A program made the translations under genes and the position numbers. From Antedon mediterranea (Eukaryota; Animalia; Echinodermata), in NCBI RefSeq assembly GCF_964355755.1, contig NC_092678.1, forward strand, positions 16,422 to 80,421: DNA of 64,000 nucleotides, read 5' to 3'. The notes under the pieces were generated by a model. It was not told the origin of the DNA and searched no databases. It was given only the letters and a program-made list of their open reading frames with translations. Positions 14,278-44,800 of the stretch are shown here, one piece after another; the stretch's first letter is position 1, and every line of letters starts with the position of its first letter.

Positions 14278-15127
14278 CAGACAGTCTAGACAGACAGACA
14301 GTTTAGACAGACAGACAGACAGTCTAGACAGTTCAGACAGACAGACAGTCTAGACAGACAGACAGTCTAGACAGTTCAGACAGACAGACAGTCTAGACAG
14401 ACACAGTCTAGACAGTTCAGACAGACAGACAGTCAGTCTAGACAGACGGACAGTCTAGACAGTTCAGACAGACAGACAGTCTAGACAGACAGACAGTCTA
14501 GACAGTTCAGACAGACAGTCTAGACAGACAGACAGTCTAGATTGACAGACAGTCTAGACAGTTCAGACAGACAGTCTAGACAGACAGACAGACAGTCTAG
14601 ACAGACATACAGTCTAGACAGTTCAGACAGACAGACAGTCTAGACAGACAGAGAGTCTAGACAGTCTAGACAGACAGACAGACAGACAGACAGTTCAGAC
14701 AGACAGACAGACAGTCTAACCAGACAGACAGTCTAGACAGTTCAGACAGACAGACAGTCTAGACATTTCAGACAGACAGACAGTCTAGACAGACAGACAG
14801 TCTAGACAGTTCAGACAGACAGACAGTTCAGACAGACAGACAGTCTAGACAGACAGACAGTCTAGACAATTCAGACAGACCGACAGTCTAGATAGTTCAG
14901 ACAGACAGACAGTCTAGACAGACAGACAGTCTAGACAGTTCAGACAGACAGAGAGTCTAGACAGACAGACAGTCTAGACAGTTCACAGATAGTCTAGACA
15001 GACAGACAGTCTAGACAGTTCAGACAGATAGTCTAGACAAACAGACAGTCTAGACAGTTCGGACAGACAGACAGTCTAGACAGACAGACAGTCTAGACAG
15101 TTCAGACAGACAGACAGACAGTCTAGA
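14278..15127. repeat. Subtelomeric AGAC/GTCTAGAC satellite (block 3)
   Basis: Same motif, enriched in the CAGTTCAGAC variant. Confidence 0.96.
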
Positions 15128-15478
15128 TAATAGTTCCTAGTAGTTCCGAGTAGTTCATAATAGTTCTGAGTATGTTCCGAGTAGTTTCGGGTTGGGTATT
15201 TGGCAAAGTATGTTCCAAATATGTTCCGAGTAGTTCCGAGTAGTTTATAATAGTTCTGAGTATGTTCCGAGTAGTTTCGGGTTGGGTATTTGGCAAAGTA
15301 TGTTCCAAATATGTTCCGAGTAGTTCCGAGTAGTTCATAATAGTTCCGAGTATGTTCCGAGTATTGACGAGTATTTCCGAGTAGTTCCGAGTAGTGACGA
15401 GTATTTCCGAGTAGTTCCGAGTATTTCCGAGCAGTTCCGAGTATTTCCGAGTAGTTTCGGGTAGGGTATTTAGCAAAG
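15128..15478. repeat. 10-bp GTAGTTCCGA-type repeat with a 90-bp higher-order unit
   Basis: TAGTT(C/T)ATAATAGTTC recurs at 15151, 15241 and 15331. Confidence 0.9.
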
Positions 15479-15727
15479 CGATTTTAGGTAATTAATCGGA
15501 AATGGTACTCTAATATTGCACATAATATTTATGATAAAATGGCAACTTTCTAGAAATTGTTTTTTTAAATCCATGCTGATTGTTAATTCGCTTGGGGTAG
15601 CACAACTCTGTTAATATAATTTTCAACTTATAATATTATTTTATGAAACGGACAGTACGTATAATTATTCTTTATAAATGATGTTAAGCCAAATAATGAA
15701 GGTGGTGACAATCTATTATTTTATATA

Positions 15728-15992
15728 GTCGGCCTAATGATGATTGTTAAACATGTATTGTCCCCCAAAAACATGAACAAGTCGGCCTAATGATGATTGT
15801 TAAACATGTATTGTCCCCCAAAAACATGAACAAGTTGGCCTAATGATGATTGTTAAACATGTATTGTCCCCCAAAAACATGAACAAGTCGGCCTTATGAT
15901 GATTGTTAAACATGTATTGTCCCCCAAAAACATGAACAAGTCGGCCTAATGATGATTGTTAAACATGTATTGTACCCCAAAAACATGAACAA
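15728..15992. repeat. 53-bp minisatellite, 5 copies
   Basis: Unit GTCGGCCTAATGATGATTGTTAAACATGTATTGTCCCCCAAAAACATGAACAA. Confidence 0.95.
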
Positions 15993-16433
15993 TTAAGATT
16001 AATTAAATCAGATTTGGAATATTTTTTAATTTTTAGTCATATATTGTATTGTTTCGGAACAAAGCATCATGGGAACAATATCAAGTAAATAAAAAAATTT
16101 ATTACAAAATAGAGATAATTAATTAATATAGCTGGCCTAATTATTTTTAACGTTTTCTTATACATTTATAGAATAGACATTACAAAATAGATATAATGTA
16201 TTATAGGTCGCCTAATAATGATTGTTAAATGTTTAATCCTAAATGTATATAATTTACATTATTATACCATATTATAATATGTTGTAACAATGTCTATTCT
16301 ACAATAACAAAATATTTAATCAAGCTTAGACATTTTAGTTATGAATTTAGGAAATAAACATAAATGAAATTTCTTTTAAACACGCAAAAAAGTAATTTAG
16401 TTACTATATAACTAATACCTGCCTATACATTTA

Positions 16434-17137
16434 CTACTGTAGCTCCCAACTACACTCTAGTCCTATTGTGTAAACTACTGTAGCTCCCAACTACACTCTA
16501 GTCCTATTGTGTAAACTACTGTAGCTCCCAACTACACTCTAGTCCTATTGTGTAAACTACTGTAGCTCCTAACTACACTCTAGACCTATTGTGTAAACTA
16601 CTGTAGCTCCCAACTACACTCTAGTCCTATTGTGTAAACTACTGTAGCTCCCAACTACACTCTAGTCCTATTGTGTAAACTACTGTAGCTCCCAACTACA
16701 CTCTAGTCCTATTGTGTAAACTACTGTAGCTCCCAACTACACTCTAGTCCTATTGTGTAAACTACTGTAGCTCCCAACTACACTCTAGTCCTATTGTGTA
16801 AACTACTGTAGCTCCCAACTACACTCTAGTCCTATTGTGTAAACTACTGTAGCTCCCAACTACACTCTAGTCCTATTGTGTAAACTACTGTAGCTCCCAA
16901 CTACACTCTAGTCCTATTGTGTAAACTACTGTAGCTCCTAACTACACTCTAGTCCTATTGTGTAAACTACTGTAGCTCCTCCTAACTACACTCTAGTCCT
17001 ATTGTGTAAACTACTGTAGCTCCCAACTACACTCTAGTCCTATTGTGTAAACTACTGTAGCTCCTAACTACACTCTAGTCCTATTGTGTAAACTACTGTA
17101 GCTCCCAACTACACTCTAGTCCTATTGTGTAAACTAC
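16434..17137. repeat. Second array of the 41-bp minisatellite, ~17 copies
   Basis: Same unit and orientation as 13571-14277. Confidence 0.97.
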
Positions 17138-17171
17138 GGTCAAAAGTCAATTACTATAAAAGATTAATAAC

Positions 17172-17640
17172 AAACTAGAATTTATTTCGTTACTCTGACG
17201 ATTTATAGTTGATCTTTGTGAAAATGATCCTCCCAAACGCAACATGCATGTACACTAAAGTACGATCATATGACCTACGCTTATTATAAGCATGGGTCAT
17301 TGTCCTGAGTTATTTGTCATAGAATATACAGTATATATATTTGGTACGATGACGTTATCAAAAACCCAACATTAAGATGACAATTTCGAAAGAGGATTTG
17401 AGCAAAAGGATTTGAGCAAAAAGATATCAGATTTTGAAAAAAGTGAACTCTCTTTTAACTTTGTATTAACAAAAGAAATGAAAAAAAAAAACTTTTTAAA
17501 TGCAGCTGGTCATATGATAACATCACAACATCCGATAGGCACAATTTTTATATGAATTCATATCTACATTTCATCAGCTTTCATAATAAGTTATAAACAT
17601 CAAGGTCACCTTTAATTCTAAAGAGCTGTAAAATATGAAA
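17172..17640 (-). mobile_element. Diverged fragment related to the Helentron/DINE-1-like element at 33879-35029
   Basis: Starts ACTAGA followed by a degenerate hairpin. Shares internal blocks with that element: GATGACGTTATCAAAAAC vs GATGACGTCATCACAAT, and ATATCTACATTTCATCAGCTT vs ATATCTACAATTTATCAACTT. Confidence 0.45.
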
Positions 17641-17806
17641 ATATACGTTCGCTCAATGTCAATGTTGACTGTATTTTAACATTGCGAACCAGAGAAGCAA
17701 AAACGCTATCACGTTCCAACAAAGCATCTGGTGTATCAAATTCAACCATGCGACAAGCATCAAGTACAAGAATCTTATCTGAGTGTAGCTGTAACTGATG
17801 TAGACC

Positions 17807-35684
<17,878 letters not shown>

Positions 35685-37034
35685 GTTGGATTCCTGCAAC
35701 CTAGAACAATCTGACAAAGAAGAAACATACTAATTATAATAATACTCTCGACAGATATTATCAGCTATTCAGCATTAAAATATTGTTTATTAAGCATGGG
35801 ATAAAATATGTCCTTCATAACAGGAAAATAGCTTAACCAGCTCAATGAAGGTTTAATCTATAATCTAACTTGTTGTGTAGAGGTAATTTTGTTCATATGT
35901 TTGCCATGTACAGTAGTACAACAAAAAACCTTGCTTTGCACAATTATCATTTTTTTTTAATAGTATATATAGTAACTATAAAGTGGCATTAGGAATTATT
36001 ACTTATTGACCAACACGGCAAAGATAAAGATTTTGATTGTACCTGGCCGGTATGACGAATTACCCCAACGAAACATAGCAAACCCCACATGGCTGTATTG
36101 GTGAACCACGACATTTCGCCCACTTTTGGGGGAGGGGGTGGTGCAGGGGGGGAGGGATCACAATTGGTAAAATAAGAACTTATGCAACCGACAACTCCCT
36201 CGACTTAACCAATCATATCACCACCACCAACCCAACAACATCCCATCAGGCAATTCCCTGATCCCATCCTCCTACCTAGGCTAGCTAGGCCCTAATAATA
36301 CTATATTTAGCCTAGTTAGGCCTAGGTACGCATTACATTAATTAATTAAGGGGTGCCCATACAACAGGGCCTACTAAATTATTATTAAACTAGGCCAAGG
36401 CCCCTACCTGTAAATAACAGCAGAGAAAATTGCCATTCCTCGGCTAGAAGGTAGTGTTTTGGCTTATTTTTCGGCCAAAAAGACGCTAACGTGACCAACA
36501 AAGAGGCTGGTCAAATGAGAGAGTGTTTGTTTTCTTTCTGCGTGTCTACAGTTTGTGTGTTCACAAGGATTAGGGATCAGCTCAATTATAACAAGGCTTT
36601 CTTTAATTGAGATGGGAGAAAGAGTGTGCAATCATGCGAATCGAAAGTTTATGCTCATGCGTATTCATATTTCCTCCCACTTTTGTGTGAGGTAATACAC
36701 TACGTGACCAATTACAGCTGTTTTTCAAACCACAAACAACAGAGATTAGAGAGATGACTTGACAGAAATACTAGGGATGCCCTTCAAATCTTAGTTTACC
36801 AAGCAAAAAATGTAACAATGACCTAAGCAATCTAAAAGCAATACCCATCATAAATTCATTTAAAACAAAATACAAACAAATACTTATTTCAAACTATCCA
36901 GAAAATTAGTAATTCACAATTGCCTTAAGACTGTTTTTTTTTTCTTTTTTGTGCCTTTCGTTTAACTTTATTTGTCAATTTGACGAAAGAAAGAAGTGTT
37001 TTTTGTTCTCTCACTTAAATTAAATAATTAAATA

Positions 37035-37173
37035 TATATTTACTTATCTAGGACCAAACTTAAAGCCTTGGCTTAATGCGTCCTCCTCACACAATTGTAT
37101 TTATTAATTTATGTTTCTGTATTATCATATTGTATTGTATTGTGTGAAACAATAAACTTGAAACTAAACTTGA
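37035..37173 (+). mobile_element. Probable 3' end remnant of an L2/Crack-type LINE
   Basis: AAGCCTTGGCTT stem-loop, T-rich tract, then AATAAA followed by an ACTTGAA-type tail. Confidence 0.4.
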
Positions 37174-37234
37174 AGCACGTTCTCAGTATAGTTTTCCCCT
37201 CAGAAAGTACCCTATTGAATACGATAATTTACTC

Positions 37235-38260
37235 TTTAGTTTAGTTTAGTTATAATGGGAAAGTTTAGGCGATGCCTTTTTAATCCCATATCAACTACAT
37301 TGTGTTGATGCGATTCTTGAAGGTGTTAGTGGTCTCAGAATTGACAACGTCGGCTGGTAAACTGTTCCAATGGTTTATTACTCGTTGCGAGAAGGTATAA
37401 TGTCTTCTGCAGTTCAATCCTTTATGGAAAATAGGCTTGAAAAATCTCAGGTGATGCCCTCGAGTAATTCTGCTAATGTTACTTCTCATTTGGAAAAAGT
37501 CATCCTTGGCTACACCCTCGAAATCTTTAACAATTTTATATGCTTTAATCAGGTCACCTCGAATTCTTCTGTCATACAAGGTTGTTAGGCCAAGAAGCTT
37601 TAAACGATCTTCATATGAATATGAACGGATACATGGAACTAATTTAGTCGCACGACGTTGTACTCTTTCAATTACATTTATGTCCTTTTGAAGATACGGA
37701 TTCCATACTTGAACACAAAATTCGAGATGTGGGCGTACATAATGCTTGTAGATGACGTTAAAACAGTCCTTATACATATTATTATACGAAAGTCCTTCGA
37801 TGCTTCTTAAACAATTCATGGCCCGCTGAGATACTTTGGTGCAGTGTTGGCTTGGTTTACAGTCATTAGTAAGTACTCCTAGGTCCTTTATTTTCTCAAC
37901 TGTTTCCAGTAGTTCAACTTCATCTATTTGGTATTTAAAATGAACATTTGAATGTCCGAAGTGCATCGGCATGCATTTGTTTTTATTAAAAGCCAACATC
38001 CATTCTTTACTCCACTGCAGTGCATTGTTTAAAGATTCTTGTAATGTCCATCATTTCTGTTGTTAACTACTGAGTAGATCTTTGTATCATCAGCAAATAG
38101 CTTTATATGACTAGACACATACTTTGGTAGGTCATTTATATATAATGCAAACAATGTAGGGCCCAACACCGAGCCTTGTGGAACTCCACTAATTACATCA
38201 GCCCAACTGGAAGAAGCATGACGCACTTTGACTCTTTGTTGTGTGTTATCAAGAAAATCT
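37235..38260 (-). mobile_element. 5'-truncated, frameshifted CR1-type LINE (RT C-terminal part)
   Basis: VISGVPQGSVLGPTLFALYINDL, KLFADDTK, YKHYVRPHLEFCVQVWNP, IERVQRRATKLV, RRIRGDLI, FSQRVINHWNSLP. (CTAAA)n 3' tail at ~37235-37251. Confidence 0.92.
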
Positions 38261-38659
38261 TTGCATGCCTAATGCTGTTGAATACGAACGCCCCGCTGAA
38301 TAAACGCCCTCCTCAGATAATAGAATGCTTACACAATATTAGGCTACAACATTATTTGTAGTAGAATTCATTAAAACATTAAACACAATTTACCAAGCAT
38401 TTTGATACAATTTTAAATATCAGCTAATTTATTCGTGTATTTCTACAAAATCAAATTAAACAAATAATTCTTTAATTTTAATTTGTAGATTGTACATGTA
38501 GACTGGCTTCGATTACTTTTCTCTTTAGAAGTAGGCCTATTAGAAACAAATACTGTAACACAATTTTAAGTATGCATCGCATACACTGCACCAACTTTGT
38601 TTTGCAATGGGGTTTTTCGGGTTCTTGTATTAGTATTTTTTATTTTTTATTTTTTTCAT

Positions 38660-38728
38660 TTTCCGCCTTGAGCACTCTGGAGTGGTATGTGCGCTATAAA
38701 AATCTTATTATTATTATTATTATTATTA
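38660..38728 (+). mobile_element. L2-type LINE/SINE 3' tail remnant
   Basis: CGCCTTGAGCAC...GCGCTATAAAAAT followed by (ATT)n. Similar to the tail at 58200-58262. Confidence 0.55.
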
Positions 38729-39303
38729 GTCATTATTACTGTAATGAAACGTACGCCTATCATCAGTTTTACTACCAAGTACTACAACGTTTAACCGGTT
38801 TTTTTTTTTTTTATAGTACAGTTGTCCAAATTCTGTATTATGAAGTGTTATTAAAGTGGATTTGCGCCACCTATAATTGCATTGCACTGGTACGGTGGCA
38901 AGCGTGACAATTTAAAACATACGTTTCGCAATTTGTTTTACGTTACATAGCAACAATTTATCGACGACGGGCAGATGTAGACTCTCCCACATTTTGCATG
39001 CGACTGACATGTTAAGCTTCCAATCTCTTAACCATTAATTACTGTAATGTTAAATAGACCGTGATATAGACAACAATTAGCAAACACAATGCACTTTAAA
39101 TGACAAATTAGTTAGGGCACACGCTTCTTGTCAAGGCCTACCTCATCCTCAATTCCTTACTCGTTGTCGCAAAGTAAACTTCTATTTAAAGTGAGATTCG
39201 ACAGGACTTTGGAATATAGCACATGGCCAGAAAATATTAAGGTATGAGAACTGATAAAGTACTCGGATAGCTAGAGGTGCATATGTCTCTTTGACTGTGC
39301 TCG

Positions 39304-41486
39304 CCGGATATTGTTAGTAACATGGGACATCTCACGCATGTTTGTGAGATGCAACAATACCGGATATTGTTAGTAACATGGGACATCTCACGTATGTTTA
39401 TGAGATGCAACAATACCGGATATTGTTAGTAGCCTAACATGGATGGGACATCTCACGTATGTTTGTGAGATGCAACAATATCGGATATTGTTAGTAACAT
39501 GGATGGGGACATCTCACGTATGTTTGTGAGATGCAACAATACCGGATATTGTTAGTAACATGGGACATCTCACGTATGTTTATGAGATGCAACAATACCG
39601 GATATTGTTAGTAACATGGATGGGACATCTCACGTATGTTTGTGAGATGCAACAATATCGGATATTGTTAGTAACATGGATGGGGACATCTCACGTATGT
39701 TTGTGAGATGCAACAATATCGGATATTGTTAGTAACATGGATGGGGACATCTCACGTATGTTTGTGAGATGCAATAATACCGGATATTGTTAGTAACATG
39801 GATGGGGACATCTCACGTATGTTTGTGAGATGCAATAATACCGGATATTGTTAGTAACATGGATGGGGACATCTCACGTATGTTTGTGAGATGCAACAAT
39901 ACCGGATATTGTTAGTAACATGGGACATCTCACGTATGTTTGTGAGATGCAACAATATCGGATATTGTTAGTAACATGGATGGGGACATCTCACGTATGT
40001 TTGTGAGATGCAACAATACCGGATATTGTTAGTAACATGGATGGGGACATCTCACGTATGTTTGTGAGATGCAATAATACCGGATATTGTTAGTAACATG
40101 GATGGGGACATCTCACGTATGTTTATGAGATGCAACAATACCGGATATTGTTAGTAACATGGATGGGACATCTCACGTATGTTTGTGAGATGCAACAATA
40201 TCGGATATTGTTAGTAACATGGATGGGGACATCTCACGTATGTTTGTGAGATATAACAATACCGGATATTGTTAGTAACATGGGACATCTCACGTATGTT
40301 TATGAGATGCAACAATACCGGATATTGTTAGTAACATGGATGGGACATCTCACGTATGTTTGTGAGATGCAACAATATCGGATATTGTTAGTAACATGGA
40401 TGGGGACATCTCACGTATGTTTGTGAGATGCAACAATATCGGATATTGTTAGTAACATGGATGGGGACATCTCACGTATGTTTGTGAGATGCAACAATAC
40501 CGGATATTGTTAGTAACATGGGACATCTCACGTATGTTTATGAGATGCAACAATACGGGATTTAGTAACATGGGACATCTCACGTATGTTTATGAGATGC
40601 AACAATACCGGATATTGTTAGTAACATGGATGGGACATCTCACGTATGTTTGTGAGATGCAACAATATCGGATATTGTTAGTAACATGGATGGGAACATC
40701 TCACGTATGTTTGTGAGATGCAACAATACCGGATATAGTAACATGGGACATCTCACGTATGTTTATGAGATGCAACAATACGGGATTTAGTAACATGGGA
40801 CATCTCACGTATGTTTATGAGATGCAACAATACCGGATATTGTTAGTAACATGGATGGGGACATCTCACGTATGTTTATGAGATGCAACAATACCGGATA
40901 TTGTTAGTAACATGGATGGGACATCTCACGTATGTTTGTGAGATGCAATAATACCGGATATTGTTAGTAACATGGATGGGGACATCTCACGTATGTTTGT
41001 GAGATGCAACAATACCGGATATTGTTAGTAACATGGGACATCTCACGTATGTTTATGAGATGCAACAATACGGGATTTAGTAACATGGGACATCTCACGT
41101 ATGTTTATGAGATGCAACAATACCGGATATTGTTAGTAACATGGATGGGGACATCTCACGTATGTTTGTGAGATGCAATGATACCGGATATTGTTAGTAA
41201 CATGGATGGGGACATCTCACGTATGTTTGTGAGATGCAACAATACCGGATATTGTTAGTAACATGGGACATCTCACGTATGTTTATGAGATGCAACAATA
41301 CCGGATATTGTTAGTAACATGGATGGGACATCTCACACCGTATGTTTGTGAGATGCAACAATATCGGATATTGTTAGTAACATGGATGGGGACATCTCAC
41401 GTATGTTTATGAGATGCAACAATACCGGATATTGTTAGTAACATGGATGGGGACATCTCACGTATGTTTTTGAGATGCAATAATAC
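39304..41486. repeat. 56-61-bp hairpin-rich minisatellite, ~37 copies, upstream of the Roc-COR coding start
   Basis: Unit CCGGATATTGTTAGTAACATGGATGGGGACATCTCACGTATGTTTGTGAGATGCAACAATA. Confidence 0.97.
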
Positions 41487-41890
41487 ACTAATAATAATTA
41501 AAGAGGGATTTATGTTTAATTAACGTCATGCGCCTGCGCTAAGATTAATAATATAGTGATGTAATTATCTACAAACATAAATACATTAAATAGTATTTAT
41601 CTTTAACCAATGCAAATAGAGTACAAATAATGAATCTGGATGATAATTAAAACAGAGTTAAATCAGAATAGACTGCAGCAGCAGCAGCATCGATAATTAT
41701 CCATCTTTAACAATAAAACTCTGCGCGTTGTCATCTTGATACAGGAAATAATATTATTTAAGTTGTATGCATTGCAGGTGCAACATCATTTCGTTCAACT
41801 ATCAAATTAGAAAACGATCTTACATTACAAAATATACTTTGACAGCCATTTAAATGAATTCTGCGATCATAACAACACGAACAAGAAAAA

Positions 41891-44800
41891 ATGTATTTTA
41901 AAGATCATATTGGATACAAAATGAAAGTAATATTTGTTGGAAAAGATGGAAGCGGAAAGTCGAGCGCGATTAGATATCTTACAGACAACGGTGAGAATGT
42001 ACAATCAACGGGGACGACGACAACAAATGAAGTTCTTGCCAGTACGGAACTTTGGTTTCCATTTCAAACTAACGGTAAGTGATTAATTATTTAAATGCTT
42101 GTAGATCCGATTTAACTTTATTTAAATTATGTATTCGTCTCAATGAATGAACACACGGGCATTATAAATAACAGGGAAAACATGAGACTATTAGGGACCG
42201 AAAGTCAAAAGTAATACTGTACTAATCTATTAAAACGAGTAATATTTCAAAATTATCGTATACCAAATTGATATTAATTTATATCTATATTATTTCAACC
42301 TATGTTTATAATGAGATAATAATGGATCAAAGCATAACAGAGGTCATTTAACTGAAGACATCACATAGGTCTATTTTTCTTTGATTAATCACCCTGACGA
42401 AAAGACAATTCTTAACATTACCATCACATAATAATAACGATAAACGAATAAAACATCTGAGCCTGAAATTATATATAATGTGGGCCTAGTTGTTGCAACA
42501 GTTATGATAGTATTATATTACTCCTACTTGGATAAACTAATTAAATTCATGAACTATGCCTTTTCTCTAGATGATTACAAGCTAGAAGCAGGTGTTCCAC
42601 AAAATAAAGAGAGGCAAACATAACTAATGTATTGCAACATTGACGACGCATATTATGTATAATCAACAAGAATAACAGATCTTTAGATTTAGACTTTCGA
42701 AATTAATCTTTTGAGTTTTAAGTCAGTTTAATATATTGATTATTACAGATTCTGATTTTAACAACACATTCTCTGAGGAAGAGCAAATACTTTGCTTTGA
42801 ATTGTGGAATTATTCCAGTAATAGTAAGGTAGTACCTATCATGTATATACAACATTTGCTAACTTGAGCCTGATCCTAGTCTAGGCGCAGTAACACGTAG
42901 AGATTGTCAACTTGGCTAAACCATGGCTTACAGTAATTACGTAAAAAATTGATTAAAACAAATTAGTAAATAGGTTTTTAACAAATTACCTTTATTTTCT
43001 CCAGATATCTCGGAAATGTCAAGACTTAGCAATGTCAAACACGTGTGTTTACATCATTATTTCGAACATGGCGGAAGAGGATTCACTGAGCGGCATCATC
43101 GACAGTTTAAATGTTGTTCAAACTAAAGTAAATACACGGAATATCATTAAAGCATTTATCAATGAACATAAACGAAAGTAAAATGTTAGTTCATTATTAA
43201 AACATGATTATTGTCTTGTTTAGGCTCCTGGTGTTCCCGTGACGATTGTAGGCACTCATTCGGATGACATGGTGCTTGATAAAAGGCAAGAATGGTTAAG
43301 TTCGTTGCAACAAGTTTTACAGAAATGTAAAGTGAAACAAGAAGAGAAAATAAAGGAAGAACTTGAACATCTTCAGTAAGATTTCATTAGGTCAATATTA
43401 TTTATTGTTTAATAGGAATTGTTTGCTTCAGTAAGAAAATAATAATTAAATATAACAATTTGTTATTTCTTTTAACAGACAATTAAATGATACAAATACT
43501 TCGATAAAATTATCAAGTTGCCGCCAGAATATGTCGGATTTACTAAAAGCTATCTCAAACATTCAAACTAATATGGTGTGTACAAGTATTACTACAGGAA
43601 AGGTAAACATTATTAATTCATGATTATTTAAAAGTATCGTATTATAAACCAATGTATTCGTCGTAAAATTTAGTTTTGAGAAATGAGAATTTTAGTTTTA
43701 TGTTGTATGTTTGACAATTGAACACAGGTATTTCTCATATTAGGGGTTCGACGAACTACGGAGGGTAATCACAACAACCGCATTAAGTAATGGACGTTGG
43801 CTTAATTTTAAAAACAAGATGAATGAATCAACTATGAGTAAATTGTACAACGAACTTCATTCTTTAACTACATTTGGAGTTATTTTATTGACGTTGGATA
43901 AGTTTAAAAATCTTGCACATACGTGTGACATACACAGTTGCAAGGACGTATCCACAACGTTGGAAATCCTAAGAGAAATGGTAAGATGAAATGCAGGCTA
44001 TTGGCCTTTCTTAAATAAATGTGGATATTAGGATTGTGCCAATAATCTAATTATCGTTTGATTACAGGGAGTCGTGTCTTACTTGGCCAAATATGTTGAT
44101 TTTCCGGGTAACACACCTTCATGTTTACCATCGATCATATGTATAAATCAGGCTTCTTTTCAAGAGGTACTACACTCTATCCATTTAGAAGATTGTACAA
44201 AGGCATTCAAATTTGAAAGTAAACGATTTTGGCCAAAATCAAGCAATGACAAACGACCGGATCCTCTCATCCTCGTGAGAGCTATAGAAGAAATTCCTAC
44301 TCAGGGAGTGATAAGAGAATGTTTATTTCCTTTAATTTTACAGGTAAGTTAATTTCGCCCAATCGATCATTTTTAATGTTTAATGTCAAATTATAAGTTC
44401 TTTGTGTGGTCAATGTTGTTTCATTATGTTTCAGAAATTCGAGCTAACTGAGGAACAAATATTGCTGATAATTGAATATTTAATAACACTTGGAATTCTG
44501 GTTCTAAAAGAAGGTACTTATAACGATGAAGAGGATATTCAATGTCTTCAACTTCCTCATTTTCCGGCTCTTTCCACTAAACGGTGCTATTATATCACCT
44601 GGATGGAAAACTTTCCAGATATTGAACCAGTAGGTATATTCAACTTCCTCAATTTCTCGCTCTTTCCACTAAACGGTGCTAATCACAATCAGAACTATCT
44701 ATATATTATAAGCAGTAGGATATATTTAACCTTTACTTTGATAAATAAATAAATCTACACTTTTTGTTTGCATTGTGTTTTGTATTTTATAGAGGCTTAA

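Noticed and set aside
39304-41486. CRISPR-like palindromic repeat array
   Set aside because: Units are head-to-tail with no unique spacers, there are no cas genes, and the context is eukaryotic. The same applies to the 41-, 46- and 48-bp arrays.
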